IMG/VR virus record: IMGVR_UViG_3300011008_000034
Location: 32,001-96,000 of that record
Source of the DNA: a virus
Lineage: Duplodnaviria > Caudoviricetes
Length of the DNA stretch: 64,000 nt
Reading direction: 5' to 3' (one strand)
The translations under genes were made by a program, and so were the position numbers. Positions 40,792-50,097 of the stretch are shown one piece after another (within the stretch, counting starts at the first letter, position 1; the number at the start of each line of letters is the position of its first letter). Below the pieces are notes generated by a model. That model saw nothing but the letters and a program-made list of their open reading frames with translations. It was not told the DNA's origin and did no database searches.

Positions 40792-42422
40792 TTTGCATTT
40801 CCTTTCTCAAAATTGTTTAACATTAATTGAATATTCCGTCTTCCTGCAAATTCATTAATAGATAAATTATAGGCAATATTAATTATATTTTCATTGTCAA
40901 ATTCTTGCATAAAATGATTCATTGTGGAATTAAAACAAATTCCATCAAATGTTACTCCATTCTGAAAAAATTTGAATTTCAATGCATTTTTCTTTTTGCC
41001 TAAAATTTTCTTTTCAAGAATTTCTACATTTTTAGAACAGAATATCAATTCTTTATTTCCGTTTCCAAATGGCCTTAGTAAATTTATTTTATCCATTAAA
41101 GTCCAAGATATATCTTCAAAATTTATTAAATAGTCTATGAGATATTCATCTTCAACATATTCATGTGTCTCTAGCCATTTTTTAAAATCTTCATTACACC
41201 GACGTTTAAATTCTTTCAAATCACTATTTTCTATAGATAATGCACAAGCTTCTGCATGTCCACCACCAGAAATTTTTAAATCTTTATTTTGAATAATTAC
41301 ATTAGATAAATTATATCCAGGAATAGACCGTCCTGAACCTCCAGAATGTGTTTTTCCTTTTACCATTGCAAAACAAGGTTTTTTAAATTTATCTGATATT
41401 TGATTAGCTACAATTCCTAATACACCAGCTGGAACATTTTTAAATGTCTGAATAATAACTAAATCTTCGCTTGGTTTTACTTCTTCTAATAATTTAGATT
41501 GAATTTCTTTACGTTTATCATTTAAAGAAATCATTTTTTTGACAATTTTTTCTGCTTCAAACTCATCATCACTAAGAAATAAATCTACTACCATGCTAGC
41601 GTCTTCCATACGTCCAGCTGCATTCATTAATGGTGCAATCGTAAAACCAATATCATTTTCAATAACTTTTTTTAAATTACACAATTTCAATAATGTATTT
41701 AATCCAATATTAGCAGTTTCTGTGAGATGATTTAATCCATGATAAACGAAAATTCGATTTTCATCTTGTAATGGCATAACATCCGCTAATGTCCCTATAG
41801 TAGCTAAAGCAATTAATTGAGGATTTAAATCTGGATATAACAATTTAATATCTGGAATTAATGCTCTAATGACTTTATAAGCTACCATAGCTCCACAAAT
41901 TCCATGGAAAACATTTTCATCTAAATAGGGGTCTACAACTATTTTACATGGAAGAGTTTTTTTATTATGAGGATGATGATCTGTCACAATGACATCAATT
42001 CCATTATCCATAGCATACTTAATTGATTCATGTTCTGCGATTCCTGTATCTACAGAAATAATCAAATCAATATTATCTTTAATACATTCGTCTATTTGAC
42101 GTTTTGAAATGCCATATCCATCTTTTACACGATTAGGAACACTATAACTGACATTAGGCGTTAATTGAGATAATCCTAACATCATAATAGAAACAGAAGT
42201 TATTCCATCAGAATCATAATCCCCTAATATTTTTATCTTTTCATTATCAAGTATAGCTAATTGAATTCTATCAATAGCTTTTTTCATATTTGGAAGAGAA
42301 AAAGGAGAATTAATTCTCCCCTTTTTATATAAAAACTTATTAAAGTCTTCGTCAGACATGGAAAAATATTTTTGAATAGAATGCAAAAAATCACCCTCAT
42401 ATGTATTCAAAATTTTCCACAT
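40788..42422 (-). CDS. recJ: Single-stranded-DNA exonuclease RecJ
   Basis: GDYDSDG, PNR..DGYG, VDTG, TDHH, GTLADVMPL..ENR, NAAGR, GGGH, PFGNGN. Confidence 0.93.
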   Translation of the reverse strand: MWKILNTYEGDFLHSIQKYFSMSDEDFNKFLYKKGRINSPFSLPNMKKAIDRIQLAILDNEKIKILGDYDSDGITSVSIMMLGLSQLTPNVSYSVPNRVKDGYGISKRQIDECIKDNIDLIISVDTGIAEHESIKYAMDNGIDVIVTDHHPHNKKTLPCKIVVDPYLDENVFHGICGAMVAYKVIRALIPDIKLLYPDLNPQLIALATIGTLADVMPLQDENRIFVYHGLNHLTETANIGLNTLLKLCNLKKVIENDIGFTIAPLMNAAGRMEDASMVVDLFLSDDEFEAEKIVKKMISLNDKRKEIQSKLLEEVKPSEDLVIIQTFKNVPAGVLGIVANQISDKFKKPCFAMVKGKTHSGGSGRSIPGYNLSNVIIQNKDLKISGGGHAEACALSIENSDLKEFKRRCNEDFKKWLETHEYVEDEYLIDYLINFEDISWTLMDKINLLRPFGNGNKELIFCSKNVEILEKKILGKKKNALKFKFFQNGVTFDGICFNSTMNHFMQEFDNENIINIAYNLSINEFAGRRNIQLMLNNFEKGNAK

Positions 42423-42436
42423 GTTTACACCTCTTT

Positions 42437-43498
42437 TCATAAATCTTCTTCAATATCATCATAAATAATTTTATTAATATCATAATCAATTATTACTTTT
42501 TGTTTTCCATTTATACATAAATCATATGCTTTGTGTATATTTTCAAAAAGATTTTCTAATTTTTGTGGTTTTTTGCATTTTGTTTCAACAATTCTAATAA
42601 TTTTCCATCCATTACTATAAAGCAATTCTTCACGTTTAGATTCATTTTTAAAGAATTGTTCTTCTGATTCATTTTTCATTTTATAATATGCAAAATGTCC
42701 ACGTCCATCAACTTCAATACAGATTTTATCTTCAGGAAATGCAATATCCAATCTTTTACGTTTAAATTTATAGTTTAACTCTCCGCCAATTTTCAACCAT
42801 ATATATTCCTGTAATCTCGATGTATTAACACCTGTACCATGACTCCTATCCAAAAGACCTTGATTAATTTTTTTACGTATTTTAGGACTTTGCGAAATAT
42901 TACTTTCAACACCATAATTTTTTTGTAACGTTTCTAATTTCTTTTTCTTTATTATCTCACTTTGACAAACATTTTCAACACCCCAATGTTCCAATGTTGT
43001 TTGCGTTATGCGTTGTCTTATTTCTGGATTTTGTGAAACATTCTCAACTCCCCATCTTTCTAAATTTGTCGCTTTTACTTTATCTCTCACTTCTTGACTA
43101 CAAGTTGGGGCAATCCCTCCATAACGTTCAGTGTTTGTCTTAGCAACTTTTTCATGCCATAATTTTGTTTGAGAAATGTTTTCAACTCCGTATTTTTCAA
43201 ATATTGCTTTTTTTGTTCGCTCTCCAAGATATTTGTTAAAAGCTTTTTTGCATTCATCTGTTTGTCGACAAAAATGTTTTTCTTTTCCTTGAACGCAACC
43301 ATACGTTTTTTGATACATTGTATGACAATGATCACATATAACATCAACTTGTATAGAAGAGTATTTAGGTAAATCAAATACATTTACTTCTATATTTCTG
43401 TTTGATTCAGATAATATATATCCAAGATTTTCATAATAAGATTTATTTTTTTTATTCCATTTTGTTATATATGTTTTATCAATTATCATTAAAATCAT
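42437..43498 (-). CDS. Free-standing endonuclease (Vsr/DUF559-like, NLE.YGV repeats)
   Basis: CDHC, KYGVENISQ repeats, LDIAF...KICIEVDGRGH, GWKIIRI. Confidence 0.78.
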   Translation of the reverse strand: MILMIIDKTYITKWNKKNKSYYENLGYILSESNRNIEVNVFDLPKYSSIQVDVICDHCHTMYQKTYGCVQGKEKHFCRQTDECKKAFNKYLGERTKKAIFEKYGVENISQTKLWHEKVAKTNTERYGGIAPTCSQEVRDKVKATNLERWGVENVSQNPEIRQRITQTTLEHWGVENVCQSEIIKKKKLETLQKNYGVESNISQSPKIRKKINQGLLDRSHGTGVNTSRLQEYIWLKIGGELNYKFKRKRLDIAFPEDKICIEVDGRGHFAYYKMKNESEEQFFKNESKREELLYSNGWKIIRIVETKCKKPQKLENLFENIHKAYDLCINGKQKVIIDYDINKIIYDDIEEDL

Positions 43499-43549
43499 TC
43501 CTTTTAATTATTTGATTTAAAATAATCAAAAAAGAAAAAATTTATTTTT

Positions 43550-43708
43550 TTAATATTGTATGGCTTTTTTCATGTTTGGAAGAGAAAAAGGAGAATTGAT
43601 TCTCCCCTTTTTATATAAAAACTTATCAAACTCTTCATCAGACATGGAAAAATATTTTTGAATAGAATGCAAAAAATCTCCTTCATATGTATTCAAAATT
43701 TTCCACAT
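43550..43708 (-). pseudogene. Truncated duplicate of the recJ 5' end (52 codons)
   Basis: MWKILNTYEGDFLHSIQKYFSMSDEEFDKFLYKKGRINSPFSLPNMKKAIQY*; part of a ~240-bp direct repeat of about 42276-42514. Confidence 0.85.
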
Positions 43709-43955
43709 ATTTTCTCCTCTTTTCATAAATCTTCTTTAATATTATTATAATTAATTTTATTAACATCATAGTTAATCATTACTTTTTGTTTTCCATTTAT
43801 TATTATAAATACTATAAAGCAATTCTTTATGTTCATTTTTTATTTTATGATATGCAAAATTATATATAGTAAAAAAATTATTAAAAATTTTTAATCAAAG
43901 ATGTACATTTTATTACGAATATGATATAATAAAATATTAATAAGGAGGTATAACT

Positions 43956-44339
43956 GTGGTTCATAATGAAAGAAATCAACACAATATAGTAGAAAAAGAA
44001 CTTATTCTATTTCAGTCTATAGTAGACCGAAAATCGGTTGTAGAATCTACAATTAATCAAGCTATAGATAACCATGTGAAATCATATCCTAAACAACGTA
44101 AAATTTCTAGTACTGTTATTATTGTAACAAATTCTGGAGACGAAAAAGTAAATGAAGAAGCATTAAAAAAGGTTCATGATAAAATCATTACAGAACATCT
44201 TCAAGCAGTTAATCAATTAAATCATTTGAAATCATCAGGTAGTTGTAATTATAATGATATTCATTCTGTTCCACCACTATATCAAAATAAAGCAAGAGAA
44301 ATTATCGAAGAAAACAATTGGCTTATGAATAATGAATAA
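43956..44339 (+). CDS. Hypothetical protein, first gene of the radical SAM operon
   Basis: GTG start with AAGGAGG RBS and upstream TGTACA..TATAAT promoter. Confidence 0.65.
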   Translation: MVHNERNQHNIVEKELILFQSIVDRKSVVESTINQAIDNHVKSYPKQRKISSTVIIVTNSGDEKVNEEALKKVHDKIITEHLQAVNQLNHLKSSGSCNYNDIHSVPPLYQNKAREIIEENNWLMNNE

Positions 44340-44357
44340 CTATGGAGGTGAAAAATA

Positions 44358-45137
44358 ATGCTTACAAAAGTAGCTGAAAAACATTTTGCAAATGGTTCAG
44401 TATATGCATTAAAAACAGAAGATGGTTTTTTATTAGAAACGACTGATACATTCCTTCCTTATTATACGAAAGATGCTATTGGAAGAAAACAAAATTTTTT
44501 AGATAATAAAGATTTAGGCAGTAGAAGTGAACGTTGGATGATTGGTGTTTCTACTATGTCAGGTTGTTGTGTAGGATGTAAATTCTGTTCTACTGGTAAT
44601 ATGAAGAAATTTAGAAATTTAACTGCACAAGAAATTGTCGAACAAGTTGAATTTATTTTAAGTCTTCATAAGGAAAATCCTCTTGACAGTAAAGAATTTA
44701 AAATTAACTATACAAGGATGGGTGAACCTTTTCTTAATATAAAAAATGTAAAAGAAGCAATGTCTATCTTAAATAAATACAAACCACATCATTATATTTC
44801 AACTATTGGAATTAAAGATAGTGATTTTTCTTTTATTAAAGGTAATATTACATTACAAATTTCACTTCATTCGTTAGATAATAAACGACGTAATAACTTA
44901 ATTCCTTTTAAAAACAAAATGACTATTGAAGAATTAGGTCAAATTCGTACAAAATCAAACCTAAAAACGACTATTAATATGACATTGGTCGATAATGCTG
45001 ATTTTGATATTGATAAATTAAAAAAACACTTTGACCCCAAATACTTTTTTATTAAATTATCGCCTATTAATGAAAATGTTATTTCTAAAAAGAATCATTT
45101 AGGAAAAGGTATTGTGGAAGGAATAAATATTATTTAA
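44358..45137 (+). CDS. RlmN/Cfr-like radical SAM protein lacking the C-terminal AACGQL segment
   Basis: ET, VSTMSGCCVGCKFCSTG, RNLTAQEI.EQV, MGEP..N, ISTIG, LQISLHS....R..LIP; only 259 aa. Confidence 0.85.
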   Translation: MLTKVAEKHFANGSVYALKTEDGFLLETTDTFLPYYTKDAIGRKQNFLDNKDLGSRSERWMIGVSTMSGCCVGCKFCSTGNMKKFRNLTAQEIVEQVEFILSLHKENPLDSKEFKINYTRMGEPFLNIKNVKEAMSILNKYKPHHYISTIGIKDSDFSFIKGNITLQISLHSLDNKRRNNLIPFKNKMTIEELGQIRTKSNLKTTINMTLVDNADFDIDKLKKHFDPKYFFIKLSPINENVISKKNHLGKGIVEGINII

Positions 45138-45150
45138 GGGAGAAACCAAA

Positions 45151-45438
45151 ATGGAAATTTTAACGAAAGCAAATTTATTTGGGGTACAAGTTTCTATTGA
45201 CGAAGAACGAGTTATTATTGATATGATCGAAAATTTAACGGGGAAATCTATCTATAAAAATATTTATGTTAAAAATGATAAGCTTGTTCATGAATATGAT
45301 GGTTCATATCACGGTTCATATTCTCCTGAATACGAAATAATTACGACAGACGTTAAAAAAATTAAAAAATTTCAGTTATTGAAAGAATTATTAAATGTTA
45401 TAGAAACAGAAAAGGTGGACGAAACATTATGTCAATGA
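45151..45438 (+). CDS. Hypothetical protein
   Basis: 95-aa ORF in the operon. Confidence 0.6.
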   Translation: MEILTKANLFGVQVSIDEERVIIDMIENLTGKSIYKNIYVKNDKLVHEYDGSYHGSYSPEYEIITTDVKKIKKFQLLKELLNVIETEKVDETLCQ

Positions 45439-45659
45439 AAGAAAAATTTTGCAAAGAACAACTTCAAGATATACTTGATTTTTACGAATTTTGTAAAACG
45501 AAGAATAAGAAATTTCTTTATGTCAAAACGAATGAAAATAAAACTGGAGTGAACGTCATTAATCATGTAAAAGAAATGGTTAACCTTTATACTAATAAAA
45601 ACGAATTCTTAAAAGATGCCGAAAGAATTTTTAATTTAGTAAAGGATGATGAAAAATGA
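45429..45659 (+). CDS. Hypothetical protein
   Basis: 76-aa coupled ORF; KEQL..ILDF.EF N-terminus resembles that of the next ORF. Confidence 0.55.
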   Translation: MSMKEKFCKEQLQDILDFYEFCKTKNKKFLYVKTNENKTGVNVINHVKEMVNLYTNKNEFLKDAERIFNLVKDDEK

Positions 45660-46036
45660 ACAATATAAAAGAACAAATTGAATTCGTATTAGATTGGTGT
45701 GAATTTCAAGAATCAAAAGGAAAACCAGCAAGACTAGATATTATTTTATCTTCTGAAGATATTGATGAAGAAGTAAAAAATATTTTTAATTGTATTGGTT
45801 ACTTAAATAAACATTTATCAAAAGATGAATTAATAAACATTATTAATAAAGCGGAAAATGCCGAAAGCGAATATCAAAGTCCAATGAAGTGTTGTATTAA
45901 AAGAAAGATGGTTGGAGATGGCTGTATGAGCAGTACTCGTTACGTTGAATATTGTGTAGCAGCAGAAAATTGTACAAATGAAGAATGTTTATATGCTACT
46001 CGAAAAAAGAAAAGAGAACATTCTTCTTTTTGTTAA
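45656..46036 (+). CDS. Hypothetical protein with Cys-rich C-terminus
   Basis: 126 aa; CC...C...C....C...C. Confidence 0.6.
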   Translation: MNNIKEQIEFVLDWCEFQESKGKPARLDIILSSEDIDEEVKNIFNCIGYLNKHLSKDELINIINKAENAESEYQSPMKCCIKRKMVGDGCMSSTRYVEYCVAAENCTNEECLYATRKKKREHSSFC

Positions 46037-46047
46037 AGGATTATACA

Positions 46048-46909
46048 ATGAAAATTTTCGATTATGATATTCAAACAAAACAATATTATTGTCAATTAAA
46101 TAATCATCCATTAAAAAAAATTCCTTCTTCTACTATAAATGTTTATGTACGATTACAAAATGTTTGTAATGCAAAATGTAAATTCTGCGAATTTAAAGGC
46201 AATTATATCCCTTTTAATGAAAAAGGATTTAGAGAAGCATTAGAAGAAATTCGTAGTAAAGTAAAAATTAATCGTTTATCATTTACAGGAGGAGAACCTA
46301 GGAGGAGAACCTACTTTAGATTTTGAACTATTTAAAAGATGTTTAAAATTTGTTCAAGATTTTGATAGTGATATTTTTACTGTTGTCAATACGAATGGAT
46401 TATACTTGAATGAATTAGAAGAATTAGGATTAAATAGTATTGCTTTATCAAGACATCATTATAATCAAGATAAAAACGATGAAATATTCGGTATAAAGAC
46501 ATCTAATATTAAAAATATAAAGAATTTACATTTATCATGCAACTTAATAAAAGGTTATATTGATAATGAAGAAGAAATCTTAAAATATCTTGATTGGTGT
46601 GATATGAATGGATTTACAGATATTGGTTTTGTTGCGCTAATGAAAGTAAACGATTATTGTAAAGAACATTTTATTTCACAAGATATATTTAATTTCAATG
46701 GTAAGCGATTCTTAAAAGTCAAAGAATATCATAATAAAGATATTCATAATGAACTTTGTTGTAAGTGTTGTAACTATCTTTATGGTGGTGATAATTTAGT
46801 CAATATTTATAGCAGGCATTACATAAAGTCTGATAATAATAATGCATTGGTTTATGATTTAAATAAACTAAAAGATGGATTCAATGGAAAAATCATTAAG
46901 GAGTGGTAA
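46048..46909 (+). pseudogene. Second radical SAM protein, frameshifted by a 13-bp tandem duplication
   Basis: CNAKCKFC, SFTGGEP; AGGAGGAGAACCT twice at 46287-46312; removing one copy gives a 282-aa ORF with NTNG, ISRHHY-like and CCKCC motifs. Confidence 0.85.
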
Positions 46910-46911
46910 AG

Positions 46912-47040
46912 ATGGAAGAAATTAAAAAACAGTTAGAAGACAATGGATATGATTATGCGGTAGCAATCGCAACGCAAGCAGAAATTGAAAATGGAGCAGC
47001 TTGTGGTCAGCTTGCAATTATTGTCGAAAACGAAGAATAA
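46912..47040 (+). CDS. 42-aa peptide equivalent to the RlmN/Cfr C-terminal catalytic segment (not in ORF track)
   Basis: AAGGAG RBS; MEEIKKQLEDNGYDYAVAIATQAEIENGAACGQLAIIVENEE; terminator follows. Confidence 0.8.
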   Translation: MEEIKKQLEDNGYDYAVAIATQAEIENGAACGQLAIIVENEE

Positions 47041-47052
47041 GTTTTAAATAAG

Positions 47053-47095
47053 TAAAAAGCTCATTATCCTTAAAATTGGGATAATGAGCTTTTTA
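47053..47095. terminator. Bidirectional intrinsic terminator
   Basis: AAAAAGCTCATTATCC...GGATAATGAGCTTTTT. Confidence 0.85.
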
Positions 47096-47874
47096 TTATG
47101 CTATTGTTTTAGTATTATGAACAATGAACTCTTTCAAGTTTCTCGGAAGTTCTTTATAAATATCTTTTTTATATTTCTCCCAACCATTCAAGGTATTTTC
47201 ATATCCAATATGTTCGCATACATAAGAATCAAAATTACAAAAATGACTTTTTCCATCTTTAATAAATTTCATTGTAATTTTTTTATTCGGATTTTCTTCA
47301 GCGAGACTCATTAGTTTTGTAAGAATCTTTTCATCGTCATGAATAAGGTTAACATTAATTGCAATTTCGTCTATACTAGTAGCGAACTGTCCATGAGAAA
47401 TATCATTAAAAGTATGAAGATAATTTGGAGTATAAATGGTCAAGTCATTAAAATGACCATCATCATATCCATCGCATGTCCAAGTTGTGCCGGTTACAAA
47501 AATATTATATTTTTTATGCCATGCAAAAAGTTGAATTTCATGTCGTTTTCTATTATATGCTTCAAATTGAAATTCTTTTTCATAAGTTTCAAATCCAAAT
47601 TTTTCAAGGACTTTTTTCGCTTCTTCAAGATTAATATCTGGATAGAAATCATCTGCTTCCACTCGTTCGCCAAGAGTTACAATGTAATATTTTTCAGCAG
47701 TTTTCTTTACCTTAGCAATTTTAAAGAAGCCTCCAGAAGGAAGTACTTTATCAGAAATGATTACTTTCCCATAAGCATCATATCCAACGAAAGACTTTCT
47801 ATTTCTCTTGCTATCATAAGAATCCGCGAAATAATATACATCGTTTTCTTTTACTTCGTTTTTAAATTTGTACA
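47096..47874 (-). CDS. Hypothetical protein (early promoter)
   Basis: Promoter at 47943-47974; AAGGAG RBS before MYKF. Confidence 0.7.
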
Positions 47875-48014
47875 TTTTAATTCTCTCCTTTTCTTTAACT
47901 ACTCTTTTTCTATCCTTACGGATTTTCCTTACCTCTGATTTTATTATACCATATTCGAAGTAGTTTGTAAATAGTTTTTTCATTTTTTCAATATCATATA
48001 ATAAAAAGGAGAGA

Positions 48015-48323
48015 TTAACTCTCCTTTTCCACCGCTATTACTACAGAAAATACATCATCAGGACAATCAACATTTAATGTTATTAACCAAACTTTATCAA
48101 ATTCTGTTTCCAAATCTTCTACCAGTTTTTTTATAGCTAATAAATACCTTGACCATTTTCCTTTATCAGCGGTACATGCATTTTCTCCACCATAGAAAGT
48201 TACTAACATGTGACTGTGATCTGTTTCTTCTTCGTCATATCCATAACAAATCATACCCACTTCATCGATTGTACCATTTAAATACTTTTCACAAATTGGA
48301 CGTACTAATTCTTTAGTTAACAT
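48015..48323 (-). CDS. Hypothetical protein
   Basis: 102-aa ORF with RBS. Confidence 0.65.
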   Translation of the reverse strand: MLTKELVRPICEKYLNGTIDEVGMICYGYDEEETDHSHMLVTFYGGENACTADKGKWSRYLLAIKKLVEDLETEFDKVWLITLNVDCPDDVFSVVIAVEKES

Positions 48324-48337
48324 ACGAATTCTCTCCT

Positions 48338-48592
48338 TTAATGTTCTTTTATTTTAATTTCTTTCGACGAATTTGAATTTTTTACGGTATATTCCTCTAT
48401 TGGTTCGTTTTCACGTCTTGGACGATATACATATGTATATCGTAAATTTTCGTCACAATTAATACAAACAAATTTTGTGTTTTCAGGAAGATTAATTTCC
48501 GTTAAAACATTATCATCATAAGATACTTGATGATTATCATGCGCACATCCAATGCATAATAATGCAATTGCTATTAATAAAAATTTTTTCAT
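48338..48592 (-). CDS. Putative lipoprotein
   Basis: MKKFLLIAIALLCIG-C signal peptide and lipobox. Confidence 0.65.
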   Translation of the reverse strand: MKKFLLIAIALLCIGCAHDNHQVSYDDNVLTEINLPENTKFVCINCDENLRYTYVYRPRRENEPIEEYTVKNSNSSKEIKIKEH

Positions 48593-48840
48593 GATTTTGC
48601 CATCCTTTCTAAATCAACAGGTTCAATATCTCCGACTTCTTCAATTAATGTTTCTTTTGCAGTATTAAAATTACCATCAATTGAATTAATTTCGTCTTCA
48701 TATTTTGTACATCCATCACTGTAAATGATTGTCCAACCAGATTCTGCACTTTGAATTGTATAAATAAATCCGTGACTATCGATAAAATGTTCTTGACGTT
48801 CTACTTCATCTATTGGTAATAATCCAAATAATCTTTCCAT
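48589..48840 (-). CDS. Hypothetical protein
   Basis: 83-aa ORF with RBS. Confidence 0.65.
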   Translation of the reverse strand: MERLFGLLPIDEVERQEHFIDSHGFIYTIQSAESGWTIIYSDGCTKYEDEINSIDGNFNTAKETLIEEVGDIEPVDLERMAKS

Positions 48841-48888
48841 TTTTAAAACTCCTTCATTCGATTTTTACCAAATCTCTTACTTTGCTTA

Positions 48889-50094
48889 CTAAAAATCTTC
48901 CTCTTTATCACCGTAAATAATTTTATAAGTATTATAATTAATTATGACTTTATTTATGTCTGTCGTCTTTAAAATAGATTTAGCATAATCAATTCTAATT
49001 TTTATATCAGATAAAATTTTTTCATAATCACGACATGTAGTCTTTGTGTCAATAACACGAATAATCTTCCATCCTAAATTAAAGAAAAATTGTTCTCTAT
49101 CATATTCATATTGCAAAAACTCTTCATGAGTCATATTCTTAAATTTTATACAATATTTTTCATGTCCTCCACCATCATATTCTACATATATCATTTCTTC
49201 AGGAAAAGAAATATCTTGAGCTTTTTTTATAACTTTATAATTCAATTTTCCACCAATTTGAAGCCAAATAAATTCTTGCTGTTGTGAAGTAAAAACTCCT
49301 GTCCCATGACTTTGTTCAATAAACGTTTGATGAGCTTTATTTCGTAATTTTTCATTTTGTAATGGATGTTCTACTCCGTAACGATCTAAATTTGTTAACT
49401 TAATTTTTTCTTTTATGGGTTCTGCAGCAAATACATTTTCAACTCCCCATTTTTTCATATTTGTTTCCGCAATTTTTGCTTGTACCTCTGGATCTTGCAT
49501 CACTTGTTCTACACCACGTTTTTCCAAATTAGTTTGTTTAATCTTTTTTTTGCCATATTCCGATGCCCAAACATTTTTAGCTCCATATAATTCAAGATTA
49601 GTTTTTGCAATTTTTTCTTGTATCTTTGGAACTTGAAATGTAGATGGATAACCATACAAATCCATACACGTTTGAGCCATTTTTGCTTTTACTTCTGGGG
49701 ATTGCGATGCACATTCATATCCATACTTATTTAAGTTTGTTTGCTTTATCTTTGCTTTACCATAATCAGATGCCCAAACATTTTCAGCTCCATATATTCG
49801 CATATTTGTAGCTTTTCTTAAATCATCAGAATATTTCTTATGTGCAGCTTTACAAGCATCAGTACTATGACAAAAATGCATATCATGAACTATAGCTGCT
49901 TGAAACATTTTTTGAAAAATAACATCATCACAATAATCGCATTTTACGTCAATTTTCATACATGAATTAGGATGTATATCAAATACATTTACATCTACAA
50001 AATCTCCATATGCTAAATTTTGAAAACCATGTTGTTTGTAATAGTTTATATTGTGATATGTTATTTTCACTAAATAATTTTTATCTACTATCAT
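48889..50094 (-). CDS. Free-standing endonuclease (Vsr/DUF559-like, ~6 TNL..YG repeats)
   Basis: Paralog of 42437 and 22969: CDYC, repeats, DI.F....IYVEYDGGGH, GWKIIRV. Confidence 0.78.
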   Translation of the reverse strand: MIVDKNYLVKITYHNINYYKQHGFQNLAYGDFVDVNVFDIHPNSCMKIDVKCDYCDDVIFQKMFQAAIVHDMHFCHSTDACKAAHKKYSDDLRKATNMRIYGAENVWASDYGKAKIKQTNLNKYGYECASQSPEVKAKMAQTCMDLYGYPSTFQVPKIQEKIAKTNLELYGAKNVWASEYGKKKIKQTNLEKRGVEQVMQDPEVQAKIAETNMKKWGVENVFAAEPIKEKIKLTNLDRYGVEHPLQNEKLRNKAHQTFIEQSHGTGVFTSQQQEFIWLQIGGKLNYKVIKKAQDISFPEEMIYVEYDGGGHEKYCIKFKNMTHEEFLQYEYDREQFFFNLGWKIIRVIDTKTTCRDYEKILSDIKIRIDYAKSILKTTDINKVIINYNTYKIIYGDKEEDF

Positions 50095-50097
50095 TAA

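Noticed and set aside
47339-47938. 199-aa plus-strand ORF
   Set aside because: Phe/Ile-rich antisense shadow of 47096-47874, which has the promoter and RBS.
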